Shown in pieces: positions 20,939-30,689 of a DNA stretch of 64,000 bases; positions within the stretch are counted from its first letter, which is position 1; each line of letters starts with the position of its first letter. The position numbers and the translations under genes were made by a program. The notes below the pieces were generated by a model, which worked only from the letters and a program-made list of their open reading frames with translations, searched no databases and had not been told where the DNA came from. This DNA is from an uncultured cyanobacterium (GTDB lineage: Bacteria > Cyanobacteriota > Cyanobacteriia > PCC-9006 > JAAUQQ01): assembly GCA_963718615.1 (NCBI GenBank), contig OY970368.1, positions 672,001 through 736,000 of the forward strand, read 5' to 3'.

Positions 20939-21436
20939 CTAGGCGGGAAGCCCCGCGCTCTCCCGAAGGGGAGCGTCGGGATGAGAGCCAGGGGCACTGA
21001 GGGGGTTCGATGCCCCCGAAGTGCCCAAAACAGGAGAATCTTGCTGCTCAATGTACCGCTTCAGGACGGATACCGTGACCCCTCCACAACTGGCAATGAA
21101 GTACGACTCATTCCAGAGCACTGACTTCCAATAGAACTTGTTCACGCGCTCTGAAAACTCAGACCGCAGTCTGCGGCTAGAGACAGACTTCAAGTTGTTG
21201 ATGAACTTGGGCAGCGCCATCTGAGGGTAGTACTGAAACAAGACGTGGATATGGTCGGCCTCACCGTTGACCTCTATCACCTTGCAGTCCCACTTCTCAC
21301 ACAGGTCGCCAACTACTTCTGTCAGTCGTTGCAGCATCTCAGCAGTGAACACTTTGCGGCGGTATTTTGTGGTCAGCACCAGATGGGCTTTAAGGTCTGA
21401 AACCGACCGCCCACTCGAAACAAAGTCGTCTTTCAT
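20939..21436 (-). CDS. tnpA: IS200/IS605 Y1 transposase
   Basis: HLVLTTKYRR, HUH motif DHIHV, catalytic Y in KRYIEQQ. Confidence 0.95.
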   Translation of the reverse strand: MKDDFVSSGRSVSDLKAHLVLTTKYRRKVFTAEMLQRLTEVVGDLCEKWDCKVIEVNGEADHIHVLFQYYPQMALPKFINNLKSVSSRRLRSEFSERVNKFYWKSVLWNESYFIASCGGVTVSVLKRYIEQQDSPVLGTSGASNPLSAPGSHPDAPLRESAGLPA

Positions 21437-21471
21437 TAATCAGTGTGCCTTGAAAGTGTTACACTCATTGT

Positions 21472-22752
21472 ATGCGAATAGCCTACCAATATCGACTGCA
21501 ACCAACCTACGAACAGCGGTGTCAGATGAGCTGCTGGCTTGATATGTTGCGGCACCAGTACAACTGGTTGCTGGCAGATCGCTTTGATTGGTGGGAGATG
21601 AACCGCTGCCCAGTCAACGCTTGCCCGCTGGTGACGAGTATCGCTGAGCTACGGGAGCGGCCCAACTACTACAGTCAGAAGCGGTCATTGGTACCCCTAA
21701 AGGGTGAACGGCCTTGGTACAAAGAGGTTCACTCCCAAGTCCTTCAGGACATGGTGAAGCGGGTTAACTTGGCGTTTGAGCGATTCATCAAGGGCGATAG
21801 CTCGGGCAAGCGTAGTGGCAAGCCCCGGTTCAAGGGGCAGCACCGCTATCGCACGTTCACCTATCCCCAGGCAAGTCACGACTGGCTAGACGGCAACCGT
21901 GTCATGCTGCCTAAGATTGGGGCAGTGAAGTTCATCTGCCACAGGCCATTACCTGAAGGGTTCGCGCTCAAGACGGTGGCAATCTCGCTCAAGGCCGATG
22001 GTTGGTACATCACGTTCTCCCTAGAGGACAAGTCGGTGCCAGAAAATCCCCTGCCTGAGGTTGTCCCGACCGAGGCAAACAGCATCGGGGTTGATGCTGG
22101 GTTGGAGTATTTCGTCGCTTGTTCAGACGGCACCACGAAGACGCCACCCAAGTTCTACCGCCAAGCTGAAGAAAGGCTGGCCAAGCTTCAGGCGAAGCGT
22201 GAACTGAGGCCCAAAGGGTCGAAGGCGCGGCGAAAGCTGAATGCCAAAATTGCCAGGTTGCACCAGCGCATTGCTAGGCAGCGGCGGCAATGGCATTTTG
22301 AAACGGCTGGCGAGTTGGTTGCCAAAGCTGATGTGATTTTTGTGGAGGATCTGCAAGTTGCCAACATGACCCGCCGCTGCAAGCCGAAGCAGAGTGAGGG
22401 CGGCGGTTTCTTGCCCAACGGTCAGGCGGCCAAGTCTGGGTTGAATAAAAGTTTTGCTGATGCTGGGATAGCGGGGTTCCTAACCAACATCCTTCCGTAC
22501 AAAGCTGAGAAAGCTAGGCGGCTGGTCGTGAAAGTTAACCCCGCTGGGACATCCCAGCATTGTGCAATTTGCCTGAACCGAGTACCAAAGGAGTTATCCG
22601 ACCGCTGGCATGATTGCCCCCACTGTGGAGCCTCTATGCCGCGAGACGTGAATTCTGGAGTACTCATCAGAAAAGTGGGCCTGGGGCATCGGCTCACTAT
22701 AAAACGCGAATCTGGGGCAACCCGGAGGAGAAGCCCGCGCCGTACCGCCTAA
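21472..22752 (+). CDS. tnpB: RNA-guided endonuclease TnpB
   Basis: RuvC motifs GVDAG / VEDL / RDVNS and CxxC..CxxC zinc ribbon. Confidence 0.95.
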   Translation: MRIAYQYRLQPTYEQRCQMSCWLDMLRHQYNWLLADRFDWWEMNRCPVNACPLVTSIAELRERPNYYSQKRSLVPLKGERPWYKEVHSQVLQDMVKRVNLAFERFIKGDSSGKRSGKPRFKGQHRYRTFTYPQASHDWLDGNRVMLPKIGAVKFICHRPLPEGFALKTVAISLKADGWYITFSLEDKSVPENPLPEVVPTEANSIGVDAGLEYFVACSDGTTKTPPKFYRQAEERLAKLQAKRELRPKGSKARRKLNAKIARLHQRIARQRRQWHFETAGELVAKADVIFVEDLQVANMTRRCKPKQSEGGGFLPNGQAAKSGLNKSFADAGIAGFLTNILPYKAEKARRLVVKVNPAGTSQHCAICLNRVPKELSDRWHDCPHCGASMPRDVNSGVLIRKVGLGHRLTIKRESGATRRRSPRRTA

Positions 22753-22817
22753 GCGGTCGGCGTCGGGAGTATGTCACTGGAGTCTCTAGAATGGCGGTAG
22801 TGATGAGGAGATGGGGT

Positions 22818-23060
22818 ATGAGAACGTTTGAGGCGCAGGTGACGGTTTCGGCGGATCGGCGGTTGATGATTGAGCTGCCGGAGGGCGTTGAGGCGGGGAG
22901 CTATCAGATCGTGGTGGTGATGAATCGGAGTGATGAGGTGCAGGCGGAACCTCAGGCGAGGCGGGGGCTGGATGGGTTGGCGGGTCGGGTGCGATCGTTT
23001 GCGGCGGTGGATGCGGTGAGCTGGCAGCGGCAGGTGAGGTCTGAGTGGAATGACGCTTGA
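22818..23060 (+). CDS. Putative antitoxin
   Basis: 80-aa ORF with GAGGAG RBS, overlapping the PIN toxin gene. Confidence 0.7.
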   Translation: MRTFEAQVTVSADRRLMIELPEGVEAGSYQIVVVMNRSDEVQAEPQARRGLDGLAGRVRSFAAVDAVSWQRQVRSEWNDA

Positions 23061-23421
23061 CTATGTTTTGGATACGAACATTTTTATTCTGCTGTTCAAT
23101 GACCAGTTGGCTGAGCCAATCCCGGAGGGGCGTTTAGGCTTTTCTGTGATTACGGAGATTGAGCTGCTGTCGTTTGCGGGGCTGGCTGAGGAAGATGAGC
23201 GGCTGATTCGTCAGGAGTTGCAGGTGTTGGAGCGGGTGCCTTTGGATGAGGCGGTGAGTGAACGGGCGATCGCCCTACGCAGGCGCTCTCGGCTGAGGAC
23301 ACCGGATGCGATCGTGGCGGCGAGTGCTGAGGCAACGGAGGCGATGCTGTTGACGAATGATCAGCAGTTGCTGGCGGTGGAGGGGATTCGGGCGCAGGCG
23401 TTGAGAATGCGGGGGGAGTAA
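23050..23421 (+). CDS. vapC: PIN-domain (VapC-like) toxin
   Basis: VLDTN, ITEIEL, PDAIVAA, LTND. Confidence 0.9.
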   Translation: MTLDYVLDTNIFILLFNDQLAEPIPEGRLGFSVITEIELLSFAGLAEEDERLIRQELQVLERVPLDEAVSERAIALRRRSRLRTPDAIVAASAEATEAMLLTNDQQLLAVEGIRAQALRMRGE

Positions 23422-23490
23422 GCGATGGGATGGGTGCGATCGCTCTATCCGGCGCTGGGAGGTTTAGAGTAATTTTGAGGAGCTGAATTT

Positions 23491-24756
23491 ATGAGTTGGA
23501 AGTCATTGCTTATCGGCAACTTGGTGGAGGAAGGGCATATCGATATCCAGACAGGACCCTTTGGAACTCAGCTCAAAGCTTCTGAATATACCGAAATAGG
23601 AACTCCTGTGATCAATGTTCGTAATATTGGTTACTCCAGTTTACGAGCTGACAAATTAGAATTTGTACCTGAACAAAAGCGAGATCAGCTAGCGCAACAT
23701 GTTCTATTAGAAAACGATATTGTTTTTGGGCGTAAGGGAGCAGTTGATAGACATCTTTTTGTACAAGAAGAACAATCAGGTTGGGTCCAGGGTTCAGATT
23801 GTATTCGGTTGAGATTTCTATCTAATAAGATTAGTCCAAGATTTATTTCTTATCTTTTTTTGCTTGATTCTCATAAAGAGTGGATGCTGACCCAGTGCTC
23901 TAATAAAGCTACGATGGCATCCTTAAATCAAGATGTTATCAAGCGGATACCTGTAAAGATTCCGAATGAAACAACTCAAGAAAAAATCGTTGAATTTTTG
24001 TCAAATTATGACGACCTCATCGACAACAACAACCGCCGCATCGCCCTGCTAGAGGAAGCCGTGCATCGCCTGTACCGCGAGTGGTTTGTGCATTTGCGCT
24101 TTCCGGGGCATGAGCGGGTGGCGGTGGTTGATGGGGTGCCGGAGGGGTGGGAAAAGATAGCTTTAGGAGAGATCGCAGACCGCTATAACGGAATTGTTCA
24201 AACTGGTCCTTTCGGCTCTCAGCTTCATAAAAGTGATTATGTTGAGCAAGGTATTCCAGTGGTCATGCCGAAAAATATTAAAGGAGACAAGATAGCTTTA
24301 GATACGATCGCTTTTATCGATGAAGCAACTGCTACTCGCTTGTCAAGACATATCTTAAATATTGGAGATATCGTATTTCCACGTCGCGGTGACTTGAATA
24401 AAAGGGCTTTAATATCAAAAAATGAAGCAGGATATTTATGTGGAACAGGATGCTTAAAGATAAGCATTCCTCAGCAAAAATTATCTTCGCTTTACCTGTT
24501 TAATTATCTAAGAGGTCAGGAAGCTGTCAATTTTATTAATAACAATGCAGTCGGGGCTACTATGGCTAACTTGAGTGCAGGAATTCTGAAATCTTTGCCA
24601 GTCCTTCTGCCGCACAAAAATGTACAAAAGCACTTTGAGAAAATAACAAGTCCTGTCTTTGAACAGACTAATTTGTTGCATAGCCAAAATGTTTTATTGC
24701 GCGAAGCCCGCGATCGCCTCCTCCCCCGCCTGATGAACGGCAGCATCACCGTCTAA
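23491..24756 (+). CDS. hsdS: Type I R-M specificity subunit
   Basis: Two TRDs; conserved DDLIDNNNRRIALLEE..YREWFV..FPG spacer and ARDRLLPRLMNG end. Confidence 0.93.
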   Translation: MSWKSLLIGNLVEEGHIDIQTGPFGTQLKASEYTEIGTPVINVRNIGYSSLRADKLEFVPEQKRDQLAQHVLLENDIVFGRKGAVDRHLFVQEEQSGWVQGSDCIRLRFLSNKISPRFISYLFLLDSHKEWMLTQCSNKATMASLNQDVIKRIPVKIPNETTQEKIVEFLSNYDDLIDNNNRRIALLEEAVHRLYREWFVHLRFPGHERVAVVDGVPEGWEKIALGEIADRYNGIVQTGPFGSQLHKSDYVEQGIPVVMPKNIKGDKIALDTIAFIDEATATRLSRHILNIGDIVFPRRGDLNKRALISKNEAGYLCGTGCLKISIPQQKLSSLYLFNYLRGQEAVNFINNNAVGATMANLSAGILKSLPVLLPHKNVQKHFEKITSPVFEQTNLLHSQNVLLREARDRLLPRLMNGSITV

Positions 24757-27216
24757 AATCACAACCGCCCGGAGTCTTAATCGCTACTCTTGTAGAAAAG
24801 AAAGATCCGTAAGACCCACCGGGCCACCCCATGAGCGCCGAATACTCCGAAGACAAACTCGTCCAAGAAACCTACGCCGACTACTTCGAGCAAAGCCTCG
24901 GCTGGCAAAGCATCTTTGCCTACAACGACGAAACCCTCGGACCCACCGGCACCTTAGGCCGCACCAGCCAAACCGAAACCCTCCTGCTGCGCCCCCTCCG
25001 CGCCGCCCTAGAACGCCTCAACCCCGGCCACCCCGCCACCGCCTACGACCAGGCCATCGAAAGCGTCACAAGCTACAACCCCTCCACCCCCCTGCTCAAA
25101 ATCAACCAGAGCAAACACCAGCTCCTGCGCGACGGCATCCCCGTCAAATACGACGACCCCACCAGCGGCGACCCCCTCGAACCCCGCCTCAAAGTCATCG
25201 ACTTCGACCAGCCCGACCAAAACGAATTTCTCATCGTCCGCGAACTCTGGATTCAAGGCCCCTACAAACGCTGCCGCCCCGATATCCTCGGCTTCGTCAA
25301 CGGCATTCCCCTCCTGTTCATCGAACTCAAACGCACCGACAAAAAACTCCAAACCGCCTACGACCAAAACCTGACCAACTACAAGCAATACATCCCCGAA
25401 CTCTTCCACCACAACGCCTTTTGCATCCTCAGCAACGGCGACAGAGCCCGTGTCGGCACCTTCGCCAGCCCCTACGCCTTCTTCAACGAGTGGAAACGCC
25501 TCGACGAAGACGAAGTGGGCCGCGTAGACTTCGAGACGATGCTCATGGGCATCTGTGACAAACGCAACTTCCTGGACCTGGTGGAAAACTTCATCCTGTT
25601 TGACGACAGCAGCGGCGAACTCGTCAAAATCCTGGCCCGCAATCATCAGTTCCTCGGCGTCAACCGCGTTATTCAGCGCATCCAAGAGCGGCGGACACTC
25701 CGGGACAGTGAGGATCCAAAGGTTCAGGAAGCGATCAAACGCCTCGGCGTCTTTTGGCACACCCAGGGCAGCGGCAAGTCCTACTCCATGGTCTTCCTAA
25801 CCGAAAAAGTCCACCGCAAAATCGGCGGCTACTCCTTCCTCATCGTCACCGATCGCCAAGAACTCGACCGCCAAATCGCCGAAACCTACGTCGGCACCGG
25901 AGCGGTCCAGGCCACCGCTGGCAAACAACTCCCCAACCAAGCCACCAGCGGCGAAAGCCTCAAAACCCTGCTCCAGGGCAACCAACGCTACGTCTTCAGC
26001 TTGATTCACAAATTCAACCAAGACATTGCCGACAATGACCCCGTGGGCTATAGCGACAGAGACAACATCATCGTCATCTCCGACGAGGCCCACCGCACCC
26101 AGTACGGCAAGCTCGCCGTCAACATGCGCAAGGCCCTCCCCAACGCCGCCTTTATCGGCTTCACCGGCACGCCCCTGATGGAATCCGAAGAAGACCAGAA
26201 GACCCGCGAAGTCTTTGGCGACTACGTTTCGGTGTATGACTTCCAGCGGGCGATCGAAGACGAGGCCACCGTGCCGCTCTACTACGACAACCGAGGCGAG
26301 AAGCTGGAGATCACCACCGATGAGGTCAACGAGCGGGTGGCTGAAAAGCTAGAGGAACATGACCTCAGCGAAGCAGACGAGGCGCGACTGATGCGGCGGC
26401 TGGGGGGTGACTACGCTGTGATTACGGCTCAAGAGCGGCTAGAGCATATCGCGCAGGACTTGGTGAAGCACTTTTGCGATCGCTGGCAAACCGGCAAAGC
26501 CATGCTCGTCTGCATCGACAAAATCACCACGGTCAAGATGCACGCTCTGATCGATCAGTACTGGAAGCAAGAAATCAAAGCCCAAGAAAAGTTAGTTCGC
26601 AAGGCAACCGATGAGCAGGACAAACAGGACCAGCAGCGCAAGCTCGATTGGCTGAAAGAAACCGAATACCACGTCGTGATCAGCAAAGCCGCCGATGAGG
26701 TCAAGGTGTTTCGGGATCATGAGCTGGATATTGTGCCCCACCGGCAAGTGATGGAGCAGCGAGATTTGGAAACCGAGTTTCGCAAAGATGATCATCCCTT
26801 TCGGCTGGCGATCGTCTGTGCCATGTGGCTCACCGGGTTTGATGTGCCCAGCCTCGCCACGCTCTACATGGACAAGGCCATGCGCGGCCACACGCTGATG
26901 CAGACGATCGCCCGCGCCAACCGCGTTTCTGAAGGCAAGAACAACGGCCTGCTCGTGGACTACAGCGGTATCCTCAAAAGCTTCCGCGCTGCCCTGGCCA
27001 AGTATGGCAAGGCAGCGGTGGAACAGACACAAGGTAATCGCCTCACCGCCCAAGAAGCTGGAGGAACGTATTCAGTGGGCGACAAGAATGCTCCCTACAA
27101 CGCCATGGAAAAGCTGCGGGACGACTACGCCGCAGCCGTGCAAGCCTGTGAAGTGACCCCCAAAACCTGAACAGAAGCGAGAGAGAGTAAGCTAAAGTCT
27201 AGGAGGCAAAAGGGTC

Positions 27217-27519
27217 ATGGCAAAAAGACAGAGAAATTACAGCAGCGAGTTCAAGGCCAAGGTGGTACTGGAAATGGTCAGCGGCCAGCGGTCGCCGACG
27301 GAGGCAAGTCGAGCTCATAAGGTCCATCTATCAGTGCTATGCCGGTGGAAGAATGAATTTCTCAAGCAGGCCCATCGAGCATTTGAAGGGAAAGAATCAA
27401 ATGACGAAGCCTCAGAGAGAATAAGCGAATTAGAAAGAATGATAGGTCGATTGACAATGGAGCTGGAAGTGTCAAAAAAAGCTTCGGATGTGTGGAACCT
27501 GAGCGGAAACGGAAAATGA
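27217..27519 (+). CDS. IS3 transposase OrfA (HTH)
   Basis: YSSEFKAKVV..RWK; slippery A7G tract at ~27474-27481. Confidence 0.9.
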   Translation: MAKRQRNYSSEFKAKVVLEMVSGQRSPTEASRAHKVHLSVLCRWKNEFLKQAHRAFEGKESNDEASERISELERMIGRLTMELEVSKKASDVWNLSGNGK

Positions 27520-28361
27520 TAGAGGAGTTCAAGGAAGACTATCCCATTCAAATTATTTGCGATGTGATTGGATACAGTCGAAGCCGATATTACTACAAGC
27601 CGAAGTCAGAGAAAGAAGATGAAGACGAAAAGCTCAGAGTAGCGATTATCGAAGTTGCAGGAAGATATCCGACTTACGGTTACAGACGGATAACGAAACA
27701 ACTTCAGCGAGAAGGATGGAGTGTCAACCATAAGCGAGTGAGTCGTCTGATGAGGCAGTTAGGTCTACTAGCTCAAAAGCGGGTGAGGCGGAAGCGAACG
27801 ACGAACAGTGTGCATGGCTATCGGCGTTATCCAAATCTGGAGAAAGGGCTGTTGGTAATGCGTCCTGAGCAGGTGTGGGTGGCGGACATCACCTATATCC
27901 GCTTGAAGGAGGAGTTTGTCTATCTGGCAGTGGTGATGGATGTATTCACCCGCAGTATACGAGGATGGCACCTGGATAAGACAATGGAGAAGAGCTTGAC
28001 GATAACAGCACTGGAGAAGGGATTGATGAAAGCAATTCCCGAGATACATCATTCAGATCAAGGGGTGCAATATGCAGCGAATGACTATGTAAAAATGTTG
28101 GAAGAACACAACGTTAAGATTAGTATGGCAGCTATCGGGAAAGCCTGGGAGAATGGATATGCGGAAAGATTAATGAGAACGATCAAAGAAGAGGAAGTAG
28201 ACCTATCAGAATACCGAAACTTTAGTGAGGTCTATGAGCGAATAGAAGAGTTTCTAGAGGAAGTGTATATGAAGAAAAGAATCCACTCGTCATTGAGCTA
28301 TTTGACACCGGCTGAATTTGAAGAAAAGTGGATGCGCGGGCAACAGAATGCAGAAGTGTGA
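27516..28361 (+). CDS. IS3 transposase OrfB (DDE)
   Basis: YGYRR, WVADITY, HHSDQG, ENGYAER; in -1 frame with ATGA overlap to orfA. Confidence 0.92.
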   Translation: MIEEFKEDYPIQIICDVIGYSRSRYYYKPKSEKEDEDEKLRVAIIEVAGRYPTYGYRRITKQLQREGWSVNHKRVSRLMRQLGLLAQKRVRRKRTTNSVHGYRRYPNLEKGLLVMRPEQVWVADITYIRLKEEFVYLAVVMDVFTRSIRGWHLDKTMEKSLTITALEKGLMKAIPEIHHSDQGVQYAANDYVKMLEEHNVKISMAAIGKAWENGYAERLMRTIKEEEVDLSEYRNFSEVYERIEEFLEEVYMKKRIHSSLSYLTPAEFEEKWMRGQQNAEV

Positions 28362-29419
28362 TAAAAGTAAAACAACTCTCGCTTAGGCCAGATCTTTCTG
28401 TCCAAAGGAAGGGGTTCACTTCACTGCACCGACCACCTGGCCAATCTGGGCTTTGACCTCAACCAGCTCATAGAGGCCGAGGGCATCGACAAAATCATGC
28501 TCCTGAGTGACACTGGCCCTGCCCTCAATGCCATCTGCACCAACGATGAAAGCCGCATCCGCTTTGAAGTGCTGACCCAGGACCTGATGCGGAAGCACAA
28601 GGCCCTATCCGGTCGGTTCGATCTACTGCAACCCTACAACCGCTGCTACAACGCCCTGGAAGCGCTGTACAAAAAGCTGCTAGAGATGCGGCGTTCTGAC
28701 ACCGACCTAGGCGAGATTTTTCGGGAGATTTGCGCGGAAGTGGGGGAGACCATTACTGTCAAAGCAACCCAGGCTCCCGGTGCTGAATCTGAGCAGATCT
28801 ATGACCTGAGCAAGATTGACTTTGAGCGGCTCAAGGCTGAGTTTGCCAAGTCCACAGCAAAGAAAGTTCAGGTGCAAGAGGTGAAGGACGCGATCGCAAA
28901 ACGCCTCGCAAATCTGATGCAGCAGAATCCCCAGAGCAAAGAGCGTCGGGACCTCCAGGCCCGTTACCAGGAAATCATCAGCAACTACAACCGCGAGACC
29001 GATCGCGTCACCATCGAGCAAACCTTTGAAGAACTGCTGCGACTGGTCGAAGCCCTCGACGACGAGGAGAAACGCCACGTCCGCGAGGGCCTCACCGAGC
29101 CAGACCTCGCCCTGTTTGATATCCTCTGTAACTACAAGCAGGGCATCAAATCCAGTACCCGCGATCGCCTAAAGCAAGTGGCTCAGTCGTTGCTGCAAAC
29201 CATTCAGCAGAAGCTGCAAGAGCTGGAAAACTGGCAGCAGAAAGAGACGACTCAATCCGATATTAAAACCCTGATTTACGATCATCTCTACAGCGAGGAA
29301 ACGGGGTTGCCGGTGGATGACTTTGAAGATGAGGACGTGAAAGAATTGTCTAAAGTAATCTTTCTGCATATCTATCAGCATCCTCCTGTGGCAGGAGTGG
29401 ATAAATCAAAGACAGCGGC

Positions 29420-29665
29420 TTAACGTATTGATTCTAGAAAAGCCATTGCTCCAATTCCAATGATGGATACTCCCATCAGTTTTCCAAGGAGTGGCCAAAC
29501 AAAGCCAATGAGAAAATCAGAGATCTCAGTTGCTTCTAGAATCTGGCCCAAAGAGCCCACAAGAATAAGGCCTAAGAGCGAAAAAAGCAAAAATCTAGAA
29601 AAGTAGCCCGATAGCCTAACGAAATGACTATCTGTGTAAATCGGTCGATTACGCTTGCCTTGCAT
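29420..29665 (-). CDS. Small membrane protein (2 TM)
   Basis: 81 aa, two hydrophobic segments. Confidence 0.55.
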   Translation of the reverse strand: MQGKRNRPIYTDSHFVRLSGYFSRFLLFSLLGLILVGSLGQILEATEISDFLIGFVWPLLGKLMGVSIIGIGAMAFLESIR

Positions 29666-30104
29666 AGCTGAAAGCCCCTATGAGTTAACGATTTTGCCGG
29701 AGAGCGATCGCAGGTGATTACGCGGTAATTCACGACAACGACGAGTTCTGGAGATGGAGTGGCGCGGTTGCCAAGATGCTCGGGAAGTGCGGCGATGGCG
29801 ATCGTCACTGAAGTTGATACTCATGCTTCATTCTGAAAGAAAAACTGCTAGAAATTGAAAAAGAGTAAGTGCATCACTTAATACAAAAGTGATTTTTTGA
29901 TTGAAAATGTGACCATTTTTGATTGACTTTCTCCATTTCAATGTCACTGCTTAGTTGTGATAAAAAAGCTAATTTTGTGATTTGAATGTATGAATTTAGA
30001 CAGGCCATGAGTATGGGTCACAGTCTTGCTCAAAATCGCACAATACAGTGTACGTAGCCTTGACGAGGTTGCGTTTTCACTTCCACTGATCGGAGGACTG
30101 CCTC

Positions 30105-30341
30105 ATGTTTGGCATCAAATCTCTCAAGATCCTCTTTGATAGTTTAGGGAAACCTTCCGAGCAAAATAGTGAAGCCGTTGCCGTGGTTCTCATCCACGCA
30201 ATGTCTATCGTTTTCTACGTCATTTTTCAAACGGTCGCTGTGTTGCCGCTCATGCACCATCACCCCTCTGAGCCAGAACCTATCGTTGACTCCTGCCTTG
30301 CCCCGAAAATCCAAGCATCATCTCTCAGCTATGATTCCTAA
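30105..30341 (+). CDS. Small hypothetical membrane protein
   Basis: GGAGG RBS, one long hydrophobic segment, downstream hairpin. Confidence 0.55.
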   Translation: MFGIKSLKILFDSLGKPSEQNSEAVAVVLIHAMSIVFYVIFQTVAVLPLMHHHPSEPEPIVDSCLAPKIQASSLSYDS

Positions 30342-30383
30342 CTCCCCCTAACCCCAAAGCCCTGCCACACTGAATAATTGATG

Positions 30384-30421
30384 CAATCTGCCATGATTCC
30401 TCTAGGAGTGATGGCAGGTTG
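30384..30421. terminator. Hairpin, probable terminator
   Basis: CAATCTGCCATGATTCC-TCTA-GGAGTGATGGCAGGTTG imperfect inverted repeat. Confidence 0.5.
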
Positions 30422-30548
30422 ATCTGAAAGGACTCATCTACCCCATCGCCACCCGCTGCGACCTCCGCACCTGCCCCTCCAACCGCTTCAACCGCTGCTC
30501 CAGATTCACCGGCTCCGTCGTATCTCCCCGCAACAGCAGCGCCAGCGC

Positions 30549-30689
30549 ATCACACGATAATCTGAATTCGGTAACGCTTGGGGTGAACTGTTGAGCAGGA
30601 TTCAGACCGTTGAACTAAAAGAAGGTCAAACCGGCAATATCGTGGCTGCCGATTTGGCGAGCCTCACGGCCAAACACGTTGAAGACTAC
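30549..30689 (+). repeat. 141-bp imperfect direct repeat, copy 1 (GNAT leader + 5' end)
   Basis: Aligns without gaps to 31730..31870. Confidence 0.92.

Larger units (their letters stand above)
20936..22777 (+). mobile_element. IS200/IS605 element (divergent tnpA + tnpB), inserted 3' of TTAG
   Basis: Left-end hairpin AAGC-CCCGCGCTC..GAGCGTCGGG; right-end hairpin GAAG-CCCGCGCCG..CGGCGTCGGG ending in TCAC; no target duplication. Confidence 0.9.
27149..28423 (+). mobile_element. IS3-family insertion sequence with 3-bp target duplication (CTG)
   Basis: TG..CA ends; imperfect IRs TGAAGTGACCCC / GGGGTTCACTTCA; CTG at 27146-27148 and 28424-28426. Confidence 0.95.
24831..29423 (+). pseudogene. hsdR: Type I restriction subunit HsdR interrupted by IS3
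   Basis: PD..ELK nuclease motif, HTQGSGKS, DEAH, FTGTP, QTIARANR; removing the IS and one CTG restores VQACTDHLANLGFDL in frame with ORF 28497..29423. Confidence 0.93.

Noticed and set aside
20936-20939. CTAC as a shared target motif for both IS605 elements
   Set aside because: For the first element the hairpin-foot tetranucleotide AAGC predicts TTAG, which places this CTAC inside the element
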